Sequence record: NC_049438.1
Reading direction: 5' to 3' (one strand)
From: Acinetobacter phage vB_ApiM_fHyAci03
DNA length: 64,000 nt
A program made the position numbers and the translations under genes. The notes beneath the pieces are model-generated. The model was not told the origin of the DNA. It saw only the letters and a list, made by a program, of their open reading frames with translations, and ran no database searches. Of this stretch, positions 1 through 10,136 are shown piece by piece (position 1 is the first letter of the stretch; the number at the start of each line of letters is the position of its first letter).

Positions 1-1
1 A

Positions 2-700
<699 letters not shown>

Positions 701-727
701 TTGAAAAATAAATAAACAGGAGTCAAA

Positions 728-2704
728 ATGGCTTTACTATCACCTGGTATTGAATTAAAAGAAAATACCACACAAAGTACAGTAGTACAAAATGCCACTG
801 GACGTGCAGCTATGGCTGGTAAGTTCCAATGGGGTCCTGCATATCAAGTAATTCAAGTAACAAATGAAGTAGAATTAGTAAACCTTTTTGGTCAGCCTAA
901 TAACATTACTTCAGAATACTTTATGTCGGCGGCAAATTTCCTTCAATATGGTAATGACTTACGATTAGTTCGCGTTGTTAATGAAGACGCTGCTAAAAAC
1001 TCGAGCCCTATTGCAGGCAACGTTAAATTCACTATTTCTTCTGCAGGTAATAACTATAAAGTTGGCGATAAGATACTAATCAAATACACGTCATCTGAAA
1101 TCGAATCTAATGCCCGTGTAACATCAGTTGATGCTGATGGCAAAATCAAAGGCATCTTTATTCCCACTGATAAGATTATTGCATACGCAAAATCAATTGG
1201 GCAATATCCTGCTCTAAGTGATGCTTGGACTGCTGAAGTTGTATCGTCAACTGGTATCCAAGGTGCAATCAATCTAGGATCAATTGAAACTGATTCTGGC
1301 ATCATTTTGACTGATCCTAATAATGCATCTGCCAAAATGACTTCTACTAAATTCCAAGAATCGTTAGCAAAATATGGTATGCCTGGTGTTGTTGCGCTTT
1401 ATCCAGGTGAAACAGGCGACCAACTAGAAGTAGAAATTGTTTCTAAGGCTGATTATGATAAAGGCTCGCCAGTTTTAAATATCTATCCTTCAGGTGGCAC
1501 AAGAGCATCTGTAGCTAAAGGTGTATTCGGATACGGGCCTCAAACCGATGATCAATATGCGTTTATTGTGCGTCGCAATGGTGAAGTTGTAGAATCATAC
1601 ATCCTTTCTACTAAGGAAGGTGAAAAAGACATGTACGGTAGCAACATTTTCCTTGATGACTATTTTGCTCGCGGTTCAAGTAACTATATTTTTGCTACAT
1701 CAACTGGCTTCCCTAAAGGCTTCTCAGGTATTATTCGCCTTAATGGAGGTTTATCTGCTAATGAAGCTGTAACTGCAGGCGATTTAATGCTTGGTTGGGA
1801 CAAATTTGCTGATGCAGAAGCATTACATGTCAATTTGTTAATTGCCGGATCATGCGCAGGCGAAGATGCGGAAGTTGCTTCTACCGTTCAGAAACATGTA
1901 GTTTCTATCGCTGATGAACGTAAAGACTGCCTAGTTTTAATTTCACCACCACGTGAGACAATTGTAAATATTGGCTTACCGAATGCAGTTGATAACCTAA
2001 TTGCGTGGCGTCAAGGTACCGGTGCTTATGACACTGCAAACATGAACATCAGTTCAACATATGCATTTATTGATGGCAACTACAAATATCAATATGACAA
2101 ATACAATGATGTTAACCGCTGGGTGCCATTAGCTGGTGATATCGCTGGATTATGTGCTCGTACTGATGATATTTCTCAACCTTGGATGTCTCCAGCAGGC
2201 TATCAACGTGGTCAATTGTTAAATGTTGTCAAGTTGGCTATCGAACCTCGTAAAGCACAACGCGACCGTATGTATCAAGATGCAATCAATCCAGTTATTG
2301 GTGCAAATGGCGGAGACGGATTCGTGTTGTTTGGTGACAAAACTGCAACAAAAGTTCCTTCACCATTTGACCGTGTAAACGTGCGTAGATTGTTCAATAT
2401 GCTTAAAAAGAATATTGGGGATTCATCTAAGTTCCGCTTATTTGAAATAAACGATGCATTCACACGTAGTTCATTCCGTATGGAAACTTCTCAATATCTT
2501 TCAGGCATTCGATCTTTAGGCGGTGTATATGATTTCCGAGTAGTTTGTAATGAGACTAATAACACACCGGCGGTTATTGATCGAAATGAATTTGTTGCAA
2601 CATTCTACATCAAACCGGCCCGCAGCATCAACTTTATTCAATTGAACTTTGTTGCTACTGCAACATCTGCAGATTTTGATGAATTGATTGGCAAACAACA
2701 ATAA
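728..2704 (+). CDS. 18: Tail sheath protein gp18
   Basis: 658 aa. The N-terminus MALLSPGIELKENTTQSTVVQNATGRAAMAGKFQWGPAYQVIQVTNEVELVNLFGQP is near-identical in pattern to T4 gp18. Synteny 17-18-19. Confidence 0.95.
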   Translation: MALLSPGIELKENTTQSTVVQNATGRAAMAGKFQWGPAYQVIQVTNEVELVNLFGQPNNITSEYFMSAANFLQYGNDLRLVRVVNEDAAKNSSPIAGNVKFTISSAGNNYKVGDKILIKYTSSEIESNARVTSVDADGKIKGIFIPTDKIIAYAKSIGQYPALSDAWTAEVVSSTGIQGAINLGSIETDSGIILTDPNNASAKMTSTKFQESLAKYGMPGVVALYPGETGDQLEVEIVSKADYDKGSPVLNIYPSGGTRASVAKGVFGYGPQTDDQYAFIVRRNGEVVESYILSTKEGEKDMYGSNIFLDDYFARGSSNYIFATSTGFPKGFSGIIRLNGGLSANEAVTAGDLMLGWDKFADAEALHVNLLIAGSCAGEDAEVASTVQKHVVSIADERKDCLVLISPPRETIVNIGLPNAVDNLIAWRQGTGAYDTANMNISSTYAFIDGNYKYQYDKYNDVNRWVPLAGDIAGLCARTDDISQPWMSPAGYQRGQLLNVVKLAIEPRKAQRDRMYQDAINPVIGANGGDGFVLFGDKTATKVPSPFDRVNVRRLFNMLKKNIGDSSKFRLFEINDAFTRSSFRMETSQYLSGIRSLGGVYDFRVVCNETNNTPAVIDRNEFVATFYIKPARSINFIQLNFVATATSADFDELIGKQQ

Positions 2705-2709
2705 TAAAC

Positions 2710-2723
2710 GGGCCTTCGGGCCC
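2710..2723 (+). terminator. GGGCC-UUCG-GGCCC tetraloop hairpin between genes 18 and 19 (partial terminator or RNA stability element)
   Basis: Perfect 5-bp GC stem with a UUCG loop 6 nt after the gp18 stop. Only a weak U-tract follows. Confidence 0.35.
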
Positions 2724-2741
2724 TCAATTTAAGGAAATATA

Positions 2742-3233
2742 ATGGAACTTACAGATTTACTCAGAGCATTTGAATCTGGTGACTTTGCACGTCCTAACTT
2801 GTTTGAAGTTGAAATTCCTTTCTTAGGCAAGAATTTTAGTTTTAAATGTAAAGCAGCTGCTATGCCACCAGCTAACGTCGATAAAATTGCAGTCGGCTTC
2901 CAAAACAGAAAGTTGCATGTAGCCGGCGACAGAACATTTGATGACTGGACGGTAACAATTTACTCAGATGACAAACATCAAACTCGCCAAGACATTTTAG
3001 ATTGGCAAAATCTATGTCATGGGCAAGGTGCAGAAATTAGTGGTGCAACCCCAGCCGATTATAAAAAGACTGCAATCATTCGCCAGTTTGGACGAGACGG
3101 CAAAACGATCACTAAAGAGTATACAATTTATGGTCTATGGCCAACTCTTGTAGGTGAAGTGCAATTAGACTGGGACCAAAACTCGGAAGTAGAAACATTT
3201 GAAACTACGTTTGCATTAGATTATTGGCTATAA
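2742..3233 (+). CDS. 19: Tail tube protein gp19
   Basis: 163 aa, the same length as T4 gp19. Position between 18 and 20. Confidence 0.9.
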   Translation: MELTDLLRAFESGDFARPNLFEVEIPFLGKNFSFKCKAAAMPPANVDKIAVGFQNRKLHVAGDRTFDDWTVTIYSDDKHQTRQDILDWQNLCHGQGAEISGATPADYKKTAIIRQFGRDGKTITKEYTIYGLWPTLVGEVQLDWDQNSEVETFETTFALDYWL

Positions 3234-3248
3234 GTGAAATCCGATTGG

Positions 3249-3256
3249 TATAAATA
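3249..3256 (+). promoter_or_regulatory. Late promoter TATAAATA for gene 20, embedded in an inverted repeat
   Basis: TATAAATA about 38 nt upstream of the gp20 ATG. It is flanked by the inverted repeat TCCGATTG(3238-3245)...CAATCGGA(3268-3275). Confidence 0.5.
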
Positions 3257-3293
3257 AACTTATATCAATCGGAACCACTCTGTAGGAGGATTT

Positions 3294-4847
3294 ATGCAAG
3301 ATGTGAACGATTTGAAAATGTTCGCTTTTTGGCAAAAAGTTGATACCGCAGAATACGATCAAATTATTAACAATAAAGCAGAGTCAATTACTGCTCCAAA
3401 ATTTGACGATGGTGCTACAGAAATTGAATCTACCGATGCAGCATACAACGGTGTATTTAGACAACTTTATGGTAATCAAGACCCTAACGTTACATCAACA
3501 AAAGAATTAATCAATACTTATCGAAGTATGCTTAATAATTATGAAGTTGATAATGCGGTTCAAGAAATTGTCTCTGATGCAGTAGTGTATGAAGATGGGT
3601 ATGATGTTGTATCATTGGACTTAGACCAAACAAAATTTTCAGAAAATATTAGAGAGAAAATTTTAGAAGAATTTAACGAAGTTCTCAACATGTTAAAATT
3701 CCAACGAAAAGGATCTGATCATTTCAGGCGTTGGTATGTTGATTCTCGTATATTTTTCCATAAAATCATTAATCCATCTCGTCCTAAAGATGGAATTATT
3801 GAACTTAGACGCCTTGACCCTAGACAAGTGCAATTTATTCGTGAAATCGAAACTGTTACTGAAAAAGGTGTTAAAGTTGTCAAAGGATATCGTGAATACT
3901 TTATCTATGACACACAAAATGATTCGTATAACTGTGGCGGCCAACATTTTGCAGCAGGGACAAAGGTTAAGATTCCTTACTCTGCAATGGTGTATGCCCA
4001 TTCAGGATTAACAGATTGTTGCGGCAAAAATATCATCGGGTATTTGCACAGAGCTGTAAAGCCAGCAAACCAGCTTAAATTGCTTGAAGACGCAATGATG
4101 ATATATCGTCTTACTCGTGCACCGGATCGTCGAGTTTTTTATATCGATACCGGTAATATGCCAGCACGTAAAGCTGCCCAGTATATGCAACACATTATGA
4201 ATTCTCACCGAAATAGAATTTCATATGACGCTTCAACCGGTAAAATTAAAAATCAAGCAAATATGATGGCCTTGACAGAAGATTATTGGTTGCAACGTCG
4301 TGATGGTAAAGCTGTAACAGAAGTTGATACTCTTCCTGGAATGTCTGGGATGAATGAAATGGATGATGTCCTCTATTTCAGAAAGGCATTATACATGGCT
4401 TTACGTGTTCCTCTGTCAAGAATTCCAGATGAACAATCACAAAATGTGTTTGATATGAGCACAGCTATTTCTCGTGACGAGCTTAGATTTGATAAGTTCA
4501 TAATGGAATTACAACACAAATTTGAAGAAGTTTTCCTTAATCCTCTCAAAAGCAACTTATTGCTTAAGAGAATCATCGACGAGGATGAGTGGGAGAATGA
4601 AATAAATAATATCAAAGTCGTATTCCACAAAAATTCCTATTTCACTGAAATGAAAGAAATGGAAATTATGGAACGCCGAGTCAATGCGCTGAATTTGGTT
4701 GAACCTTATGTTGGAAAATATATTTCTAATCAAACTGCAATGAAACAATTCTTGCATATGTCAGATGAAGAAATTGCAGCAGAGCGTAAGATTATTGACG
4801 AAGAGCTTAAAGATAAAGTATATAACCCACCAGAAGAGGAACTATAA
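3294..4847 (+). CDS. 20: Portal vertex protein gp20
   Basis: 517 aa (T4 gp20 is 524 aa). Synteny 19-20-67-68-21. Confidence 0.9.
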   Translation: MQDVNDLKMFAFWQKVDTAEYDQIINNKAESITAPKFDDGATEIESTDAAYNGVFRQLYGNQDPNVTSTKELINTYRSMLNNYEVDNAVQEIVSDAVVYEDGYDVVSLDLDQTKFSENIREKILEEFNEVLNMLKFQRKGSDHFRRWYVDSRIFFHKIINPSRPKDGIIELRRLDPRQVQFIREIETVTEKGVKVVKGYREYFIYDTQNDSYNCGGQHFAAGTKVKIPYSAMVYAHSGLTDCCGKNIIGYLHRAVKPANQLKLLEDAMMIYRLTRAPDRRVFYIDTGNMPARKAAQYMQHIMNSHRNRISYDASTGKIKNQANMMALTEDYWLQRRDGKAVTEVDTLPGMSGMNEMDDVLYFRKALYMALRVPLSRIPDEQSQNVFDMSTAISRDELRFDKFIMELQHKFEEVFLNPLKSNLLLKRIIDEDEWENEINNIKVVFHKNSYFTEMKEMEIMERRVNALNLVEPYVGKYISNQTAMKQFLHMSDEEIAAERKIIDEELKDKVYNPPEEEL

Positions 4848-5047
4848 TGGATGATATTATCAAAGCCATTGCTTCCAACGACCTAGTAAAATTTAAGCGT
4901 TGCTTTAATGAAGCTATGGCAGCAAAAGTTGGAAACGTTTTGGCAGAAGAAAAATTAAAAATTGCCAAATCAGTCATGATTGAAGGCGAAGATAAAGTCG
5001 TTGATGATGAAGATGATGACAATGACGACGATGAGGACGAAGAGTAA
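4847..5047 (+). CDS. 67: Prohead core protein gp67
   Basis: 66 aa: [28 protein letters not shown]... with an acidic [14 protein letters not shown] tail, as in T4 gp67. TAATG overlap with the gene 20 stop. Confidence 0.8.
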   Translation: MDDIIKAIASNDLVKFKRCFNEAMAAKVGNVLAEEKLKIAKSVMIEGEDKVVDDEDDDNDDDEDEE

Positions 5048-5475
5048 TGTTGATTATTGTTGAAAACGAATTAGTTTTTGATAATGTTTCAAATCTTTTA
5101 CCTGAGGCCCAAGAACGTTTAAATGGATTTTCAACAATTTTTGAAAAGGATGAAATTGTAAAGATTGTTGAAAATTTAGCAAAAACTGAGCCTGAACTTG
5201 CTGTAGCTATTGGTTCTCTCGTTGAAGATGTTCCTTTAAATGAATTCATGGTCAAACATGTAAGTGCTAAAGGTGAACTAACAAAAACTAAAGATCGTAA
5301 AACGCGCGAGCGTAATGCATATCAAACAACAGGTTTATCAAAATCTGAACGCCGTCGTATTGCACGCAAGGCAGTCAAAACGAAAAAGGCTAATCCTTCT
5401 GAACAAATTCGTACACAAAAGAAAATCAAAAGAGCTCGAGCTAAACGCAAGAGCATGTATGGACTTAAACCATGA
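5047..5475 (+). CDS. 68: Prohead core protein gp68
   Basis: 142 aa (T4 gp68 is 141 aa). Basic C-terminus. TAATG overlap with gene 67. Confidence 0.65.
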   Translation: MLIIVENELVFDNVSNLLPEAQERLNGFSTIFEKDEIVKIVENLAKTEPELAVAIGSLVEDVPLNEFMVKHVSAKGELTKTKDRKTRERNAYQTTGLSKSERRRIARKAVKTKKANPSEQIRTQKKIKRARAKRKSMYGLKP

Positions 5476-6119
5476 GCAATGAACCTCAATTGTTAATTGA
5501 GCATTGGGGACAGGCATCAGAAATTAATGATGTTTCAGCTTTTCAACTGGATGAATCAACAGGTAAAGGATTACCTCCTGGACTTTATATTGAAGGAATT
5601 TTCCTTCAAGCGAATGTTGTTAATCGCAACAAACGTTACTACCCAAAGGCTGTTTTAGAAAAAGCCGTTGATAAGTATATTAAAGAACAGGTCAGTACAA
5701 ATCAAGCATTAGGTGAATTAAATCATCCACCTCGTGCTAATGTTGACCCAATGCAAGCCGCTATTATTATCGAAGATATGTGGTGGTCAGGCAATAATGT
5801 TATGGGCAGAGCAAGAATTATTGAAGGCGATCAAGGAGCCGGCGATAAATTAGCTGCCTTGATACGTTCTGGGTGGAAGCCTGGAGTGTCTAGTCGTGGT
5901 CTTGGAAGTGTCAAAGATTCTGGGCGTGGATATAATATAGTCCAAGATGGATTCAGATTGACAGTTGGCGTCGATGTTGTTTGGGGCCCAAGTGCACCAG
6001 ATGCATGGGTAAAACCTTTAGAGATCACAGAAAGCGTAAATGAAGATGCAAATGTAGCACAACCTCAGAACGCTGATTCAGCATTCAAGACGCTTATTAA
6101 CAACTTGAGTGCATTATAA
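5472..6119 (+). CDS. 21: Prohead core scaffold protein / prohead protease gp21
   Basis: 215 aa (T4 gp21 is 212 aa): [14 protein letters not shown]... ATGA overlap with gene 68. Confidence 0.85.
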   Translation: MSNEPQLLIEHWGQASEINDVSAFQLDESTGKGLPPGLYIEGIFLQANVVNRNKRYYPKAVLEKAVDKYIKEQVSTNQALGELNHPPRANVDPMQAAIIIEDMWWSGNNVMGRARIIEGDQGAGDKLAALIRSGWKPGVSSRGLGSVKDSGRGYNIVQDGFRLTVGVDVVWGPSAPDAWVKPLEITESVNEDANVAQPQNADSAFKTLINNLSAL

Positions 6120-6121
6120 AT
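6114..6121 (+). promoter_or_regulatory. Late promoter TATAAATA for gene 22
   Basis: Exact TATAAATA overlapping the gp21 stop, about 28 nt upstream of the gp22 ATG. Confidence 0.5.
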
Positions 6122-6148
6122 AAAATTATATTAAAACAGGAAATCAAA

Positions 6149-6982
6149 ATGCTGAAAGAACAATTACTTAAGGAAGCTCAAGAAATTGAAGTTTCCGTAG
6201 AATTAGACGGTATTTTTGAATCAGTAGAACTTTCTGAAGAAATGCAACAGAATTTTAAAACTGTATTCGAAGCTGCTGTTAAGAAAAATGCCGCAACTTT
6301 AGCTGAAGCGCATATTACACAAATCGCCGAAAAGGCTGATGAACGTGTTAATGAAGCAGTCGAAGAGCGTTCTAAGGCTATCGAAGCTAAACTTGTTGAA
6401 TGTGCTGATAAATTATTTGAGCATACTGCAAAAGAATGGCTTGCTGAAAATAAAGTCCAAGTTGAACGTGGTATCAAGGCAGATTTATTCGAATCAATGT
6501 TTGAAGGTCTCAAAGCTTTGGTTGTAGAACATAATGTTGTTTTACCTGAAGAATCAGTTGATGTTGTAACTGAAATGGAAGAAGAACTCCAAGAACATAA
6601 AGAAGAAAATTCAAAATTGTTCAGTGCCTTAACTGAAGCTCAAGATGAATTAAAAACTTTGAAACGCGAAATTGCCGTAAATGAAGCAACAAGTGAACTT
6701 ACTGAAAGCCAAAAAGAAAAAGTTCATGGCTTAATTGAAGGCCTTGAATACGGCGATGCATTTGAAGCCAAACTACAAGCTATTGTTGAAATGGCAACTA
6801 CCTCTAAGCAACCCGCTACAATTGTTGAAAGCACAAGCGACACCAATGAAGCCGAAATAAATAATACTAATAGCGAAGCAGATGGATTAAACTACATTGT
6901 GGAAGAGCATAAAGAGCCTGAAACATCTCCAGTACCAAATGCAAAAATCAACTCATATGTAGCAGCTGCAAAACGCTTCTAA
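6149..6982 (+). CDS. 22: Prohead core scaffold protein gp22
   Basis: 277 aa, acidic, coiled-coil rich. Position between 21 and 23. Confidence 0.8.
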   Translation: MLKEQLLKEAQEIEVSVELDGIFESVELSEEMQQNFKTVFEAAVKKNAATLAEAHITQIAEKADERVNEAVEERSKAIEAKLVECADKLFEHTAKEWLAENKVQVERGIKADLFESMFEGLKALVVEHNVVLPEESVDVVTEMEEELQEHKEENSKLFSALTEAQDELKTLKREIAVNEATSELTESQKEKVHGLIEGLEYGDAFEAKLQAIVEMATTSKQPATIVESTSDTNEAEINNTNSEADGLNYIVEEHKEPETSPVPNAKINSYVAAAKRF

Positions 6983-7011
6983 TAAAAAATTATTCATAAA
7001 GGTAATAAAAC

Positions 7012-8592
7012 ATGTCTCAATTCAAACAAAAAACTAAAGAACAATTAATGGAAACTTGGGGTGATTTGCTCACTGCTGAAGGTTTACCAAAAATTGATGA
7101 AAGCCGCCATGTAGTAATGGCTAAAATCTTCGAAAACCAAGAAGCGGATTTTGCTACTGGCACTGAATACCGTGATCCTGAAATTGTTAAAGCATTTAGT
7201 GGTTTCTTAACCGAAGCAGAAATTGGTGGTGACCATGGTTATGATGCAACAAATATTGCAGCAGGTCAAACTTCTGGTGCTGTAACTCAAATCGGTCCTG
7301 CGATTATGGGTATGGTACGCCGTGCAATTCCTAACTTGATTGCTTTTGATATTTGTGGTGTACAACCTTTAAATGGTCCTACGGGTCAAATCTTCTCGTT
7401 ACGTTCAGTGTATGGTAAAGATCCTCTAGCAGCTGGTGCTAAAGAAGCTTTCCACCCAATGCTATCTCCTGACACAATGCATTCAGGTCAAGGTGCTGCT
7501 GAAGCATTTGAAAATGTTAAAGCTGGTGACACATTAGCAATTGGTGATATTAAACGTCATGACTTTGCTGACACAGGTCGTGTATATATCCAAGCAATTA
7601 AAGCAGTAACAGTTGATGCTGATGCTACTGATGCAGAAAAACTTGATGTAGAAATCAAAAAATTAATGGCCTCAGGTTCAGTTGCTGAAATTGGCGCTGG
7701 TATGGCTACATCAGTTGCAGAATTGCAAGAAGGTTTCAATGGTTCACAAAATAACCCTTGGAACGAAATGGGATTCCGTATCGACAAACAATCAGTTGAA
7801 GTTAAATCTCGTCAATTGAAAGCACAATACTCAATTGAACTTGCGCAAGATTTAAAAGCTGTACATGGTATGGATGCTGATGCCGAATTAGCAGGTATTC
7901 TTGCAACAGAAATTATGCTTGAAATCAACCGTGAAATTGTTGATTGGATCAACTTCTCAGCTCAAATCGGTAAAACTGGCTTCACACAAACAAATGGCTC
8001 TAAAGCAGGTGTATTTGACTTCCAAGATCCGATCGATGTAAAAGGTGCACGTTGGGCTGGTGAAGCGTATAAAGCGCTTTTAATCCAAATCGATAAAGAA
8101 GCTTCAGAAATTGCTCGTCAAACTGGACGTGGTATCGGTAACTTCATCATCGCATCTCGTAACGTAGTTATGGCACTTGCACAAGTTGATGAACGTGTCA
8201 GCCCTGCTGCTCAAGGTCTTGCTTCTGGTATGAACTACGACACTACTAAAGCAACATTTGCTGGTGTACTTGGTGGTCGTTACAAAGTGTATATCGATCA
8301 ATATGCACGTGAAGATTATTTCACAGTTGGTTTCAAAGGTTCAAGCGAACTTGATGCTGGTATTTACTACAGCCCATACGTTCCATTGACTCCATTACGT
8401 GGTTCTGATCCTAAGAATTTCCAACCAGTGATGGGCTTCAAAACTCGTTATGCAGTTGGTATCAACCCATTCGCAGATACAGTTGCACAAGCTCCAGCTG
8501 GTAACAAGCGTATTAGCAATGGTATGCCAACCATCGAAAATTCAGCTGGTAAAAACGGTTACTTCCGTAAAGTCTATGTTAAGGGAATCTAA
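7012..8592 (+). CDS. 23: Major capsid protein gp23
   Basis: 526 aa. Long stretches identical to T4 gp23, for example AEIGGDHGYDATNIAAGQTSGAVTQIGPAIMGMVRRAIPNLIAFDICGVQP and GFRKVYVKGI at the C-terminus. Confidence 0.97.
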   Translation: MSQFKQKTKEQLMETWGDLLTAEGLPKIDESRHVVMAKIFENQEADFATGTEYRDPEIVKAFSGFLTEAEIGGDHGYDATNIAAGQTSGAVTQIGPAIMGMVRRAIPNLIAFDICGVQPLNGPTGQIFSLRSVYGKDPLAAGAKEAFHPMLSPDTMHSGQGAAEAFENVKAGDTLAIGDIKRHDFADTGRVYIQAIKAVTVDADATDAEKLDVEIKKLMASGSVAEIGAGMATSVAELQEGFNGSQNNPWNEMGFRIDKQSVEVKSRQLKAQYSIELAQDLKAVHGMDADAELAGILATEIMLEINREIVDWINFSAQIGKTGFTQTNGSKAGVFDFQDPIDVKGARWAGEAYKALLIQIDKEASEIARQTGRGIGNFIIASRNVVMALAQVDERVSPAAQGLASGMNYDTTKATFAGVLGGRYKVYIDQYAREDYFTVGFKGSSELDAGIYYSPYVPLTPLRGSDPKNFQPVMGFKTRYAVGINPFADTVAQAPAGNKRISNGMPTIENSAGKNGYFRKVYVKGI

Positions 8593-8616
8593 TTCCTTTC
8601 CATTCTTTGAAAAAGT

Positions 8617-8648
8617 AAAGGGACTCATTTGAGTCCCTTTTTTGTTTT
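8617..8648. terminator. Bidirectional rho-independent terminator: gene 23 on the + strand, endonuclease gene on the - strand
   Basis: AAAGGGACTC-ATTT-GAGTCCCTTT hairpin with a T-run on the + strand and an A-run upstream. The last codons of the - strand ORF (KKGLK*) are encoded inside the hairpin. Confidence 0.6.
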
Positions 8649-10055
8649 GTATAATATGTTACCACAGTCCCATATTCTCCGTAAACCGTTTGCATAGCAA
8701 TTTTCAGATTCAGATAGTTCTTCATCAAATATTTCTAACTTGTCTTTAAGGACATGCTTCATGTAACCTGAACGATGTTTGAGTTCTCCATCAACAATAT
8801 AAAAATATCCAGGCTTTGTTACTCCGACTTTCTCCATTCCCATTTGTTCATATACATTTCCGAAACTCCAGCGTCGATTTGCATATGAAATCAAATTCAT
8901 TCCTTTAAGAAGTTTTGATGCACCGCCAACTACACAGGTATATTTTTTAGAACATAGTCTCAATAGTTCCATGTCATATCCTTTATTAAATCGTGGCTTG
9001 CCAAACGTTGCAACTTGAACAAGTTCGCCGTTATAGAACAGACCTTTAGCTGATGCCGCACCACATTTGCCTTGTAGATGGTTCTCTTCACAAAATTCAT
9101 GCGCTATTGAAACAGAGATATCTCTAATGTCACATTTTCGAGCATAGATTGATTTTGATTTGCCCAATTTGTGTGAAATGACTGATTTCCAAATTTCACG
9201 TTTGATTGGATTTCGCCATTCATTTTCAAAAATGTGCAATAAGTGGATACCTTGCTTTTCACATTCTTCGGTTTTTGAAATGTGAGAATTTCTAATGTGT
9301 TTATCGTCAGCAGAATCTCCTGAACTATGCCAGAAAATACCATTGTACTCTATTGCGAGCTTATGCGAAGGAATATACAGATCTAATTCTCTTGGAGGTA
9401 TTATGTCTCTTCTATTAATATCCACTGTAGCGCCTAGGCTTGTTATAAATTCATATAGTTCATCTTCTGCAATTGATCTACTTTTGGTACGAACACCATG
9501 ATCAAGAGAAATCCTATACATGAATGTATAATGGCACCCAATAATTTTAACCAAATCATCAAACCCATGTGTCTCATACATTTTAGTGAATTGGGCTTTA
9601 TCATATACCCAATCTGGTATATGATCTCTGCTTGGTTTTCTCGCCTTTATGGATTTGATGCCTTCTTTGGTGGTCCCGACATCACCATAACGTTCTCTGC
9701 GAGTATCCCAAACCTTTTGATGATAGTCATTTCGTCCTTTGAGAGCTGAAGAGATTTTCTTTGTCCTTGCCTCAACATCAGTGTTGCTTACTTTCTTTTG
9801 CTTGACTTCAGGATCGTTAGCCGAACATTTTCTACTACAATACAATGATCCAATGGGTGCTGGATTAGAGCATACTTTACATTTAGGCAGTTCTGTTAGA
9901 CCTAGCATTGCTAGTTTCATAACCGTGCTATCATCAAGACTGGCGTCGTACGCTGAACGATCAAACTTATCTGGATTATTCTGCACTAATTTCCGCCAGT
10001 TTGGGTTTAGTTTGCCCTTTGCATTCTTAAAAAAATCTATGTCTATCATCATCAT
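8625..10055 (-). CDS. Freestanding multidomain endonuclease, putative homing endonuclease (Zn-ribbon + Vsr/DUF559-like PD-(D/E)XK domain + unknown C-terminal domain)
   Basis: 476-aa ORF on the opposite strand, inserted between genes 23 and 24 (the T4 segD position). It has a Cys cluster CKVCSNPAPIGSLYCSRKCS. The motif LDLYIPSHKLAIEYNGIFWHS...IHLLHIFENE resembles DUF559/Vsr-like endonucleases. Confidence 0.6.
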   Translation of the reverse strand: MMMIDIDFFKNAKGKLNPNWRKLVQNNPDKFDRSAYDASLDDSTVMKLAMLGLTELPKCKVCSNPAPIGSLYCSRKCSANDPEVKQKKVSNTDVEARTKKISSALKGRNDYHQKVWDTRRERYGDVGTTKEGIKSIKARKPSRDHIPDWVYDKAQFTKMYETHGFDDLVKIIGCHYTFMYRISLDHGVRTKSRSIAEDELYEFITSLGATVDINRRDIIPPRELDLYIPSHKLAIEYNGIFWHSSGDSADDKHIRNSHISKTEECEKQGIHLLHIFENEWRNPIKREIWKSVISHKLGKSKSIYARKCDIRDISVSIAHEFCEENHLQGKCGAASAKGLFYNGELVQVATFGKPRFNKGYDMELLRLCSKKYTCVVGGASKLLKGMNLISYANRRWSFGNVYEQMGMEKVGVTKPGYFYIVDGELKHRSGYMKHVLKDKLEIFDEELSESENCYANGLRRIWDCGNILYKTKKGLK

Positions 10056-10097
10056 CCACTCAATAGAAGTGTATAGGTATAATTATATATCATCGCA

Positions 10098-10105
10098 TAT
10101 AAATA
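10098..10105 (+). promoter_or_regulatory. Late promoter TATAAATA for gene 24
   Basis: Exact TATAAATA about 32 nt upstream of the gp24 ATG. Confidence 0.5.
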
Positions 10106-10136
10106 GTAAATATACGCGTATAAAAGGAACCAATTT

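Noticed and set aside
1054-1335. Antisense ORFs nested inside well-supported genes (1054-1335, 2275-2463 and 2516-2701 in gp18; 3693-4001 in gp20; 7557-7787 in gp23; 27956-28468 in ligase; 50391-50957 and 51765-52193 in gp34; 55468-55983 in gp37; 39193-39456 in nrdA; and others)
   Set aside because: They lie opposite strongly conserved T4 core genes, have no start context, and are low-complexity in composition. This is the expected background for 60-190-codon open frames; no evidence of expression.
4980-5047. Acidic [14 protein letters not shown] run at the end of gp67 considered as low-complexity or sequencing artefact
   Set aside because: T4 gp67 has the same acidic C-terminal tail. It is a genuine conserved feature of the prohead core protein.
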